Positions 1 to 9,230 of a stretch of 64,000 nt of DNA are shown piece by piece (positions within the stretch are counted from its first letter, which is position 1; each line of letters begins with the position of its first letter). A program made the position numbers and the translations under genes. Location: NCBI GenBank assembly GCA_963662465.1, contig OY759599.1:4704001-4768000 (forward strand). Reading direction: 5' to 3'. Source of the stretch: Desulfatiglandales bacterium (GTDB lineage Bacteria; Desulfobacterota; DSM-4660; Desulfatiglandales; Desulfatiglandaceae). The notes beneath the pieces were generated by a model. The model was not told the DNA's origin and ran no database searches. It worked only from the letters and a program-made list of their open reading frames with translations.

Positions 1-570
1 ATAAACGGCCACCCCGCTGTGGGTGTCCTCGAACATCTGCCGGTAGCGATCCTCGGTCTCCTTGAGTGTCTTTTCGGCTGTTTTGCGCTCGGTAACATCA
101 TGGATAACGGCTCTGATTTCGGCGCCGCCGGTCTCTTCATCCCCAACGGCGACGGTTTCCAGATGGACATGGATAGCAGGGCCTTGCGGTGGAACGAGCC
201 TCAGTTCACAAATCCCCCTGGTGTTGGTCGCCACCAGCTTCCGGAGACACAAATAGAAATGGTCCCGGTCTTCCCCGTGGACGAATTTGGAAAAGGGTTG
301 CGACAAAAGAGCGTCCCGGTCCACCCCCAGCATGGCGGCGCATGAAAGGTTCGCCTCCCGAATCACCCCTTTCTCATCCAGGGTGAAGTACCCCACGGGA
401 GCGAAGTCGTACAGATCCATATACCGGTCCCGCATCTTTTCCAGTTCTTGCTGGGTTTTTTGGAGCGTATCATTCTGCATCTCCAGTTCGAGCTGATGAA
501 CCCGCAGGTCATGGGTGACCCGTTCGAGCTGTTTTACCGTCAATGGGGAAAGATTTTCATCCCTTTCCAT
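1..570 (-). CDS. PAS-domain sensor protein (probable histidine kinase), runs off the window edge
   Basis: Own translation from ATG at 570: MERDENLSPLTVKQLERVTHDLRVHQLELEMQNDTLQ...RYMDLYDFAPVGYFTLDEKG...DVTERK. Coiled coil plus PAS, paralogous to the N-terminus of 4067..5776. Absent from the ORF track because the stop lies outside the window. Confidence 0.85.
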   Translation of the reverse strand, partial: MERDENLSPLTVKQLERVTHDLRVHQLELEMQNDTLQKTQQELEKMRDRYMDLYDFAPVGYFTLDEKGVIREANLSCAAMLGVDRDALLSQPFSKFVHGEDRDHFYLCLRKLVATNTRGICELRLVPPQGPAIHVHLETVAVGDEETGGAEIRAVIHDVTERKTAEKTLKETEDRYRQMFEDTHSGVAVY

Positions 571-572
571 TT

Positions 573-1088
573 TTACCCCCCCTCTCGATGTTTCATTTCA
601 GTGGGCGCCATCCAATAACCCATACATCTTCTTAAATGATCTATCTCAACTTCAAGTCCGCGGTTTCGACGTTTTAACGCTTCCGCCAGGGCACGCTTTT
701 CTTTTCGCGAAGTTCGTTTTTTTAAAGCCCGTTTCACGGCATCCACCAGCACATCGGCATGCGCCAGGGGTTTCATCAGATAATCGGCGGCGCCCCCGTC
801 CCGCATGGCCCCGATGACCTGCTCAAAGGTGAGAAAACCGCTCAGAACGATGATTTCCACGTCATCTTCCTCCTTTCTAATACGCTTCAGGAACGCCACG
901 CCCGGAATATCAGGGATTCGCATATCCATGATCACCACATCAAAGGATTTCCATTGAAGGCGCTTCAGGGCCTCTTCACCGCTGCCGGCGCAGGTGATGC
1001 AAAGCCCCTCCCGCGCGAGAATCGCCTCGATGACCCGGCAAATATCCGGATCACCATCCACAACCAGGATCGATGCTTTCATTTTCAC
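573..1088 (-). CDS. Response regulator receiver protein (REC plus short coiled coil)
   Basis: ILVVDGD...DVVIMDMRIP...LSG...DYLMKP receiver motifs. Confidence 0.9.
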   Translation of the reverse strand: MKMKASILVVDGDPDICRVIEAILAREGLCITCAGSGEEALKRLQWKSFDVVIMDMRIPDIPGVAFLKRIRKEEDDVEIIVLSGFLTFEQVIGAMRDGGAADYLMKPLAHADVLVDAVKRALKKRTSRKEKRALAEALKRRNRGLEVEIDHLRRCMGYWMAPTEMKHREGG

Positions 1089-1146
1089 CTTCCCATAACC
1101 CGCTATCAGGGTGGAAACCAGGTATTCTCAATTCCTTATTCTTCTT

Positions 1147-1413
1147 TCATTGACGCCCTTCCCGTGACTTGGGCATGCAACTTGGACATCCATCGGTTTT
1201 TCCCTCACCGCAGGGCCATTCGTAACAGAAGGCCGAAACGGCGGTGGGATACTCATAGTCATGGGAGGCTTTCACATTGAATCTGTGGGGACACCGGGAA
1301 CAACTCCATTTTTCCCAATTGGATTGAACCGCGTAATCCAGACAATTCCTGTAGCGGGAACAGAAGATGTTCCGCTCTCCACGCTCAGGCCTCGGATCTC
1401 CCTTAATTTCCAT
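1147..1413 (-). CDS. Small Cys-rich hypothetical protein
   Basis: RNIFCSRYRNCLDYA...WSCSRCPH; probable ATG at 1413 (ORF track starts at 1428); co-oriented with the REC gene. Confidence 0.65.
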   Translation of the reverse strand: MEIKGDPRPERGERNIFCSRYRNCLDYAVQSNWEKWSCSRCPHRFNVKASHDYEYPTAVSAFCYEWPCGEGKTDGCPSCMPKSREGRQ

Positions 1414-1791
1414 TGATTGCTCTCTCAAATTTTCAACTCGACGCGCCAGGCCTTCTTAAATCCGAAATCCGAAAACCGAAATTGAAAATCATTCCACGGG
1501 CAGCCGACGCGACACCTATAATCCTTTGGGGTCGGTCGGTCCGGGGGCCGGATTCTTCCGTGACATGATCATTTTTACCCCATCGAAAAAAGCTTGTATA
1601 TCGGGAAAACACTGAAACGGCATCAGGAAATCACTTAAAAAACAATCAGGTTTTTCCTGATTGACATAATGCGAACAGGGACCTCCCGATGTCCTCGATG
1701 TCCATTGATTGAAAGATCTTTACAGTATTGAGAAATATTGATATGCCTTTTACGAATAATATTTTTTGAAAGTCGTTGTGGGGAAACAAGA

Positions 1792-2979
1792 ATGAAGATC
1801 GAGTCAATACGTCTAAAAAATTTCAAGACCTTTCAAAATGCGGAATTAAATGATTTGCCCAACTTCTGTGTTTTAGTGGGTGCTAACGGCGCCGGAAAAA
1901 GCTCAATCTTTAGCATATTCGGTTTTATGCGAGATGCACTTGCCACCAATGTAACGACCGCTTTAATGAAACTCGGAGGAAGCCGCGGATTTCAAGAAGT
2001 CCGGAGCCGTAACACCAAGGGACCTATTGAAATTGAACTCAAATTTCGTCCTAAGCCTGATAGCCCACTAACCACCTATTTTCTGCAAATTGGAGAAAAA
2101 AAGGGAAAGGGAGTAGTTGAGCGTGAAATATTAAAGTACCGAAGAGGGCGTAGTGGGCAACCCTGGCATTTTCTTGATTTTACCAGGGGAAGGGGTACAG
2201 CCGTTACAAATGAGCTTGATTCTGTAACTGATGTGAAAGATCTCAACAGGGAAGAACAAACTTTAAAGTCACCCGATATCTTAGCTGTAAAAGGATTAGC
2301 TCAATTTGCAAGATTTCCTGCCGTAATGACACTTGGAAACCTCATTGAAAACTGGCATGTTTCGGATTTTCATATTAGCAAAGCACGACCGGAGCAAGAC
2401 GCAGGTTACGCGGAACACTTATCACGCGAAGGCGAAAATTTATCTCTAATTGTTCAGTATTTACATGACCACCACCATCTAATTTTTGAAAAAATCCTTG
2501 ATCTCCTGAAAAAAAGAGTGCCTGGCATTACTAATGTCGATTCTAAAACTACCGAAGAAGGAAGAGTTCTTCTTAAGTTTCAAGATGGTAAATTTGAAGA
2601 TCCTTTTCTTGCTAGATATGTTTCTGATGGCACCATAAAAATGCTCGCATATCTCACACTCCTTTATGACCCGGAACCTCACCCGCTGCTCTGTGTTGAG
2701 GAACCTGAGAATCAACTTTATCCTAAACTCTTATGGGAATTAGCCGAAGAATTCCGTGCCTATGCCAATAGAGGCGGCCAGGTTTTTATCTCAACGCATT
2801 CGCCGGATTTTTTAAACGCAACTAGACTTGAAGAAGTGTTTTGGCTCGTAAAAAAAGATGGCTATTCCCAAATTAGACGAGCCAGAGATGATGAACAAAT
2901 AGTCGCCTTTATGGCTGAAGGCGACCAAATGGGATATCTCTGGGAGCAAGGTTTCTTAGAAGGAGTCGATCCGACATGA
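1792..2979 (+). CDS. ABC-type/AAA_21-like ATPase
   Basis: IRLKNFK N-terminus, Walker A GANGAGKS, signature VSDGT, Walker B VEEPEN, H-loop STHS; AT-rich relative to flanks. Confidence 0.9.
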   Translation: MKIESIRLKNFKTFQNAELNDLPNFCVLVGANGAGKSSIFSIFGFMRDALATNVTTALMKLGGSRGFQEVRSRNTKGPIEIELKFRPKPDSPLTTYFLQIGEKKGKGVVEREILKYRRGRSGQPWHFLDFTRGRGTAVTNELDSVTDVKDLNREEQTLKSPDILAVKGLAQFARFPAVMTLGNLIENWHVSDFHISKARPEQDAGYAEHLSREGENLSLIVQYLHDHHHLIFEKILDLLKKRVPGITNVDSKTTEEGRVLLKFQDGKFEDPFLARYVSDGTIKMLAYLTLLYDPEPHPLLCVEEPENQLYPKLLWELAEEFRAYANRGGQVFISTHSPDFLNATRLEEVFWLVKKDGYSQIRRARDDEQIVAFMAEGDQMGYLWEQGFLEGVDPT

Positions 2980-3323
2980 GAACCTTTGTGTTTTTTCTCG
3001 AGGAGCCCTCAGCCAGAGAAATGCTCGACGGCATTCTTCCTCGAATACTACCGGATGGTATTTTTATTCGTTATGTTGTATTTCAGGGCAAGCAGGATCT
3101 TGAAAAGAATCTGAAGTTAAAATTACGCGCTTGGAAGCTGCCAGACTGTAGTTTCATCGTTATGCGTGATCAAGATTCGGGGAATTGTAAAGAAATAAAA
3201 ACGAAATTGGCGAATATTTGTAAAGATACGGGTAAGACGGAAGTATTGATTCGGATTGCCTGCCATGAATTGGAGAGCTTCTATTTAGTGCCTGAACGAA
3301 AAAGCCGTTCAGGCGCCAAATAG
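2976..3323 (+). pseudogene. DUF4276-like (TOPRIM-like) protein, C-terminally truncated
   Basis: FFLEEPS...RDQD...IRIACHELESFYL, then runs into a palindromic repeat at 3288 and stops; ATGA overlap with the ATPase. Confidence 0.7.
3288..3316. repeat. REP/MITE-like palindrome GTGCCTGAACG-N7-CGTTCAGGCGC
   Basis: 11-bp arms with a 7-nt loop; near-identical copy at 29646..29674. Confidence 0.7.
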
Positions 3324-3382
3324 GATAGTCAGGTTACGCATCTCGTGAACTTCCGTATCAGGATTTTCGCGATTCAGGCGCC

Positions 3383-4048
3383 CTACGCCTTGATAAGCCC
3401 CTTGCGAATGGCCAACCGCGCCAAATCCACCACGCTGTCCGCCTCAAGCTTTTGCATAATATGATACCGATGGCTTTCAGCGGTCTTGGGACTGATAAAA
3501 AGCGTCTTGGCAATATCCTTGCTGCTTTTTCCTTCGGCCAGCAGCAGAAACACCTCCATCTCCCGCCGGCTGAGGATTTGGTCAATCTCATTTTCCCCGG
3601 CGTGCTGTCCCAGGGTTTCCATGTGCCGCAACAGAATGGTGGGGGCCTTGGTGCTGAAATAGGTGCCGCGGCCTTTGACGGCCTTTAAGGCCATGATCAG
3701 CTCCGAGAGGGGGTCTTCCTTGAGGACAAAGACAGAGATGCCTTCCCTGAAAAGCGACACCACATACGCCTTGTCCGAGTGCATGGTGTAGATGATAATG
3801 GGGGTGTCGGGCAACATCCGTCTAAGTTTTCGCGTGGCCCCGATACCATCGAGCCGGGGCATGGAAATGTCCATGATGATGATATCCGGTTTCAGGTTTC
3901 CAGCCTTCTTAACGGCCTGATGCCCGTCAAGGGCTTCCCCCACCACCTGAAATTCTTCTTCCTTCTCAAGGGCGCGCCGGATGCCTTGGATTACCACCCG
4001 GTGATCATCCACCAGAAGGATGGTGGATTTCGGATTGTTGGTTGTCAT
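3383..4048 (-). CDS. NarL/LuxR-family response regulator
   Basis: REC (LVDDH, DISMP) plus LuxR HTH (LSRREMEV...IAKTLFISPKTAESHR). Confidence 0.95.
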   Translation of the reverse strand: MTTNNPKSTILLVDDHRVVIQGIRRALEKEEEFQVVGEALDGHQAVKKAGNLKPDIIIMDISMPRLDGIGATRKLRRMLPDTPIIIYTMHSDKAYVVSLFREGISVFVLKEDPLSELIMALKAVKGRGTYFSTKAPTILLRHMETLGQHAGENEIDQILSRREMEVFLLLAEGKSSKDIAKTLFISPKTAESHRYHIMQKLEADSVVDLARLAIRKGLIKA

Positions 4049-4066
4049 AGCGTTCTCCGAGTGGAT

Positions 4067-5776
4067 TTAAAGTGGAATTTCCGCAAGGATGTGCGTTCCC
4101 TTCCCCTTCGCCGATTCCACCGTCAATTCACCCCCTGCCTGAAAAGCCCGCTCCCGCATGATGAGGAGTCCCAAAGAACTTTTGCCGTCAACAAATTCCA
4201 GGCATGACAAGGGGTCGAAACCGATGCCGTCATCTTCCACGCTCAGGCAGATGTTTCCCGTTATCGTTGTGAGGTTCACGTGTACATTCCGGGCGTCGGC
4301 GTGTTTCATGATGTTGTGAACCGACTCCTGGGCGATTCGGTAGATCGCCAATTCCTTTTGGGAATTGAAGCGCAGGGGGATCTCCAAAGAAAAAAAGTGG
4401 GTTTTCACGCTTTTTTGTTCCAATTCCTTGAGCAACCGCCCCAGGGACTGCTCCAGGCCGAAGGCATTCAGAATACCCGGCCTCAACCCGGCGGCAATGC
4501 TTTTGATGTCATGGAGTACATGGCTTGTTTTATGAACGGCGCCGGCCAATTTTTCCGAAATCTCCGGATTCCCGGTTGAAAATTCAGGAGGGATGATTTC
4601 CAGATCCATCTTCAGACTGGTGAGCTGCTGGCCCACCTGGTCGTGAAGATCTCCGGCAATGCGGGCCCGCTCCTCCTCCAGAAGATCGATAAGCCTTTTG
4701 GAAAGGAGGACTCTTCGCGACTGTTCCCGCCGCAGCGCTTCATTGCTTTTCATCAGGGATGTTTCCAGCTTTTTCTGAGCGGTTATCTCTTTGGACACCA
4801 CGGTCACGGATCGAACCCTGCCGTCAGGTCCCTTGACCGGACTCAGGGTGAGCAGGTAATACCGACCCTTATGGTGGTGTTCGTGATGCACGGACCCGCC
4901 TGTCCGGAACACCAGACGGACCCGGTCCATGAAGCTCCCTGTCTCTTCTTCATCATGAAATTCCCCATACCACCGGCCCGGGACTTCTTCCGGCGTGAAA
5001 CCGTACAGGGACCGGGTCCGGTTGTTCATGAAAAGATACTCGCCTTTTTGGTTCACCAGGTAGATAAAATCGTCCGTGGATTCCACCAGGGACCGGTAGC
5101 GGTTTTCACTCACACGCAACGCCTCGGCAATCCGGTCTTTTTCGCTGAGGGCCTCCTTCAGTTTTTTGTTGAGGGTCTCCAGCTCCAGGGTCCGCGCCGT
5201 CACCCGCGTTTCCAGCTCATCACGGGCTTCGCGGAGCGCCCGTTGCGCCCCCTTGAGACAAGAGATATCCGTTACGGTGATCAGAAGAGAATCCGCCTCC
5301 CTGTGAAATTCAAGGTTCAGTTTAACAAAAAAAGGCGCACCGTCCCCCTTGACCAAACGGAGTTCAAAGGTCTGTGCATGCTCTGTTTGAAGGATCTGTT
5401 TTCGATGCAGGTAGAAAATGTCCTGGTCTTCCCTTAAAATCAGGCGGCTAAAGGGAATCCCCATCAGGGCGGTCCGCTCGACCCCCACCAGGGATGCGCC
5501 GGTAAAATTGGCATTCTGAATGAGTCCGTTGGGCGTACAAACGAAGTACCCCACGGGGGCGAAGTCATAGAGATCCGCATACTTCCCGAGGGACGCATCG
5601 AGGGCCAGCTGGGTGCCGCGAAGCTCATGGTTTTGCATTTCCAGCTCAATCTGGTAGACCCGCAATTCTTCAATGAGCCGATCCGCGTCAGACGGAGGTC
5701 CCTTTTGGTTTTGAGCCGCCCCGGCGGCCAGCAGGGCCTCCGCGCGGCTTCGGAGGGTCTGTTTCGCATCATCCAT
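4067..5776 (-). CDS. PAS-PAS HisKA_3 sensor histidine kinase
   Basis: EEERARIAGDLHDQVGQ H-box, NIMKHA, DDGIGF, GKGT; ATG at 5776 follows GAGGAG. Confidence 0.92.
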   Translation of the reverse strand: MDDAKQTLRSRAEALLAAGAAQNQKGPPSDADRLIEELRVYQIELEMQNHELRGTQLALDASLGKYADLYDFAPVGYFVCTPNGLIQNANFTGASLVGVERTALMGIPFSRLILREDQDIFYLHRKQILQTEHAQTFELRLVKGDGAPFFVKLNLEFHREADSLLITVTDISCLKGAQRALREARDELETRVTARTLELETLNKKLKEALSEKDRIAEALRVSENRYRSLVESTDDFIYLVNQKGEYLFMNNRTRSLYGFTPEEVPGRWYGEFHDEEETGSFMDRVRLVFRTGGSVHHEHHHKGRYYLLTLSPVKGPDGRVRSVTVVSKEITAQKKLETSLMKSNEALRREQSRRVLLSKRLIDLLEEERARIAGDLHDQVGQQLTSLKMDLEIIPPEFSTGNPEISEKLAGAVHKTSHVLHDIKSIAAGLRPGILNAFGLEQSLGRLLKELEQKSVKTHFFSLEIPLRFNSQKELAIYRIAQESVHNIMKHADARNVHVNLTTITGNICLSVEDDGIGFDPLSCLEFVDGKSSLGLLIMRERAFQAGGELTVESAKGKGTHILAEIPL

Positions 5777-5808
5777 AGGTACTCCTCGCATCTCAATCCT
5801 CTTTGGTC

Positions 5809-6621
5809 TCAACCCATTAAACAGGGCCTGCGTGCGGCCGATGTTTCATCCAGTCGTTCCACCTTGCACCGTTTTGGCGCATCGCGCAAAAGATCAGGGG
5901 TTTCCGCGGCTTCCGTTGCCACCATACGGCACGCCTCGATAAACCGATCGATCTCTTCCCGGGTCTCGGTCTCGGTGGGCTCAATCATCATGGCGCCCTC
6001 CACCACCAGGGGGAAATAAATGGTGGGCGGATGAAAACCGAAATCCATGAGGCGTTTGGCCATGTCCAGGGTGGTGATCTTTTGGCGCCGTTGAAATTTA
6101 TCGGAGAAGACGCACTCATGCATGCAGGGCCTGTCATGGGGAATTCTTCGCTCAGGCGATAAACGCCGGCCTTTTCCAGAATCCTGGGAATCGGCAGAAA
6201 GGGCATCAGGTGCGAGGCCACGCATATGGGGCCGGACCCCGGACCGCCCCCGCCGTGAGGCGTGGAAAAGATTTTGTGAAGGTTCAGGTGCAACACATCC
6301 ACGCCGCTCCGGCCCATATGAACCATCCCCATGACCGCGTTCGGGGGCATCTTCAAGGGCATGGTTCACCTCGATAACCTCTCCCGCAACCGGCATATAC
6401 AGCTCCGCCACGGCCTTGACCGACTCGACAGTGCCGAACTCATCCCCCTGTTGAAATTTATCCCCCGGTTGAGGGGGCTCCACAAACACGATATCGCCGA
6501 GCTGTTCCTGTGCATAGTCGGTGACACCGATGGTTGCCGCATCGCCCTCCGGTTTTGCCCACTCATGATCTTCTGTGTAGCGCAAATCTTCCGGCAGATC
6601 CAGCTCATTAATCTCTTTCAT
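5809..6621 (-). pseudogene. Collapsed glycine-cleavage relic: gcvH 5' part joined to two gcvPB fragments
   Basis: GcvH (YTEDHEW...ESVKAV) up to ~6340; out-of-frame GcvPB segment ([22 protein letters not shown]); in-frame GcvPB C-terminus (CMHECVFS...[18 protein letters not shown]...IEPTETE). Confidence 0.85.
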
Positions 6622-6661
6622 GATAAGCTCCCTTAATTGGCCGAAACGATAATCAAGGCCG

Positions 6662-6880
6662 TTAATGATTAACTTTCTGTCTTATCCAGACTATCTCCAT
6701 GGCCTCATGCGGACTATTTGCCGTGAGTACCACACATACCCGAACCTTTCCAGCATTATCCTTGCCGTTACCATTCACTTTATTTTCCAGAAAATCGATT
6801 CGGTCGTGTAACCCGCAAAGTACCGTGGTCACGGCTTCGGGACCGGTGTAATACAGAAGAAACGCCTGTTCGTGGTTCAT
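6662..6880 (-). pseudogene. Probable IS66-family transposase N-terminal fragment
   Basis: MNHEQAFLLYYTGPEAV resembles IS66 transposase N-termini; overlaps the DUF4338 relic by ATGA; resemblance ends after ~35 aa. Confidence 0.45.
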
Positions 6881-7221
6881 CGCACAACCTCCAGCTTGCT
6901 TCTGAAGTCGCGCACAAGGGGATAGCCGTATACGTATTTAATGGAGCGAATGACCTTGCGTGTTGGGTTGTCTTTCCCTCTACCCGTGGTTTTCCCCAAC
7001 AGGGCCCAATTGGCGGCTCGGTAACAAGTGCCTTTAAACCGCTCGCTATCGACAAAAGTCTCCAGCCAGTAAACAGGATGGTGGTAGAGATTCTCCCAAT
7101 CCGATGAAATATGCCTGGCGCATTTTGACAGCAGATGTCAAGCCAGGAAGGGAGACTTCACCCAGGGAAAAATCAAGAAGCGGAGATTGTAAGCCAACAG
7201 ATGGAGATTTTTCTTGCGGGT
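6877..7221 (-). pseudogene. DUF4338 (DruA-like) C-terminal fragment with internal stop
   Basis: Own translation: TRKKNLHLLAYNLRFLIFPWVKSPFLA*HLLSKCARHISSDWENLYHHPVYWLETFVDSERFKGTCYRAANWALLGKTTGRGK...YGYPLVRDFR; TGA at 7138-7140. Confidence 0.85.
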
Positions 7222-7375
7222 TTAAGGAAATATCTGCTTTACTTATGGGTTGACTTCTGTAAACAAAGTAGGACTATCCGGCAAGACCGCCGAAAAAACC
7301 GCCGAGGTGGTGCAACTGAAACAGACCGGGGAGACGGAAGATATCCGGGATAAGCTGAACCAGGGGTGGCAACAA

Positions 7376-7633
7376 TTACACAAAGAAGGATTTCAAAACG
7401 AGAGCGGCGATACCAGCCAAAACAAAACCGAGCATCCATTTCATGAGCTTGAGTTCACCATTTATCCTAACCTCAAGGGCTTCAAGATCCCTTTTTGTGG
7501 CCAAGTCCTCAAGAGTGGTTTCCTGAGAGTCTTTAAAAGCATCGGAAAGTGCCTCTGCCTGACCCTCATTGAATCCGGCAGCTTTAAGCCTCTTAACGAA
7601 TTTCAGAGTATCAAACATGATGGTAGCAGCCAT
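7376..7633 (-). CDS. DUF1640/CCDC90-like coiled-coil membrane-anchored protein
   Basis: FDTLKFVKRLKAAGFNEGQAEA...LATKRDL...LMKWM plus C-terminal TM helix. Confidence 0.85.
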   Translation of the reverse strand: MAATIMFDTLKFVKRLKAAGFNEGQAEALSDAFKDSQETTLEDLATKRDLEALEVRINGELKLMKWMLGFVLAGIAALVLKSFFV

Positions 7634-7763
7634 ATGATGAGCCCCTTTCTTGAATGAATATGACGGATTTTACCATGGATCACAGCCATGGACAACTTTT
7701 TATTAACAGGGACGTGCGTTAGCGTTTTCGACAGCTTCTCTTGATGATGAACCTGACGAAAAT

Positions 7764-7853
7764 TTGAAACTACTGAATTCCCATAAAGCCGAATATCTGC
7801 TAATCGGCGGTTTTGCGGTGGGTTATCACGGCTATCCGAGGGCAACTGGAGAT
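7764..7853 (+). pseudogene. Nucleotidyltransferase-family gene fragment
   Basis: Own translation LKLLNSHKAEYLLIGGFAVGYHGYPRATGD, matching the GGxA...RxTxD N-terminal motif; the rest of the gene is missing. Confidence 0.6.
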
Positions 7854-8151
7854 TACAAATCGAGAAATCCGTGGAAATCCGGATTGTTCTAAAACGGCCA
7901 CATAAAAACTCGGTGCTTCAAAGGGTTCACTGGCTGGCGGTCATTTTTTTGGGGCGCTCAGCTGATAAAGGGTCTCATCGTATAGCCTCAATGATGGGCT
8001 CATTGTTCTATTATGGCGAGGTGGGTCCATATCGAAATGGGTCAGTAGCGATTTTTATTTTCGAAGCGCTTGACAAATTAAACACTGCCTTTGTATAGGT
8101 GTTAGGTATTCGGTGTTTTGGAATCTTGATGCTTGACAGAGCATAATCCGG

Positions 8152-9207
8152 TTGAAGGGGGACGCCTTGGGGAAAAAACAGTTGCTTTTTTTCGTTCTGT
8201 GGATCAGTGTGAGTTTTTTTTCTTCTTCCACGTTTGGCGAAGAAGATATCCCCATCAAGGCAGTTTCGACGCCGGGCGTTGAAGCAATACGGCCTTTGAT
8301 TGGGGCTGATGATGAAACCCGAACATCCAAAGGCGTGGATGTTTCTGAGTATTGCCACGTTGAGAGTTTGGGTTTTTTGTCCCCTGAACAGGTGAAACCC
8401 TGGGGTCATGTGACGGCCGATGAAACGGAGCGCATCTTTCTGGCTAAACACGACACCATCTATGTGACCTTCGAAAAAGACCGCAAAGTAAAACCCGGAG
8501 ACGCTTTTAACCTTTACAGGGAATCGGATAAGTTGGATCATCCACTTACCGGGAAGAATGTGGGAACCGTGATTTTGTTTCTGGGAAAAATTGTCCTGGA
8601 AGAACAGGTCAGTGAAGGTTTGTTCAAAGCGGAGATTTTGGAAGACTACCGGGTCATGCGGGTGGGAGATCCGCTTTTGCCTTACCATCCCGTGTCGGCC
8701 TGTATACAGCCTTCGAACCCTGACCGGAAAAGATGCGGGGACGAGAAAGAATGCAGCGCCGCCATCGTGGCTTCCAAAGATCAACTTGAATTAATGGGTC
8801 AATATTCCGTAGTCTACATCAATCAAGGATATAAGCATGGATTTAAAAGGGGCAATCTTTTTGCCATTGTAACCCGTATGGAAACCGCCATTGCAAACGA
8901 GGCGGACCTGCCGGATCTGGTACTGGGTTATCTCATTATTCTGGAATCGCGGCTTGAAACGGCCACGGCTGTTGTACTGAACGCAAAAAAAGATTTTCCC
9001 AACGGAACAACCATCAAAGCCGTGGATTTGGCCAAGACCCTGGAAAGAACCCTGGCGAATCAGGGCTATCAAGGCGTGAAAGAAATTGATATTCAAAATG
9101 AACTGTTGCCTATTCTAATGAAAATTGGTCAAAACATTGATTTAAAACAAGATTTGCCCGAAAGTCTATACCTGCTGTCAACCATGGTGAAATGTTCGAT
9201 AAAATAA
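8152..9207 (+). CDS. Exported hypothetical protein resembling the C-terminal region of dprA-linked LysM proteins
   Basis: Signal-like N-terminus; HPLTGKNVG, VYINQG...G motifs; directly upstream of dprA; start uncertain. Confidence 0.65.
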   Translation: MKGDALGKKQLLFFVLWISVSFFSSSTFGEEDIPIKAVSTPGVEAIRPLIGADDETRTSKGVDVSEYCHVESLGFLSPEQVKPWGHVTADETERIFLAKHDTIYVTFEKDRKVKPGDAFNLYRESDKLDHPLTGKNVGTVILFLGKIVLEEQVSEGLFKAEILEDYRVMRVGDPLLPYHPVSACIQPSNPDRKRCGDEKECSAAIVASKDQLELMGQYSVVYINQGYKHGFKRGNLFAIVTRMETAIANEADLPDLVLGYLIILESRLETATAVVLNAKKDFPNGTTIKAVDLAKTLERTLANQGYQGVKEIDIQNELLPILMKIGQNIDLKQDLPESLYLLSTMVKCSIK

Positions 9208-9230
9208 GCATCACACCCCATTGATATCCT

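Noticed and set aside
7138..7140. In-frame TGA in DUF4338 as possible selenocysteine
   Set aside because: The position corresponds to Ser in the LASHLL motif (TCA>TGA), and the gene lacks its 5' half
6877..7221. Druantia defence system
   Set aside because: Only a broken DUF4338 fragment; no DruE helicase or other dru genes
7250..7657. 135-aa plus-strand ORF
   Set aside because: Mostly antisense to the DUF1640 gene, with no motif support
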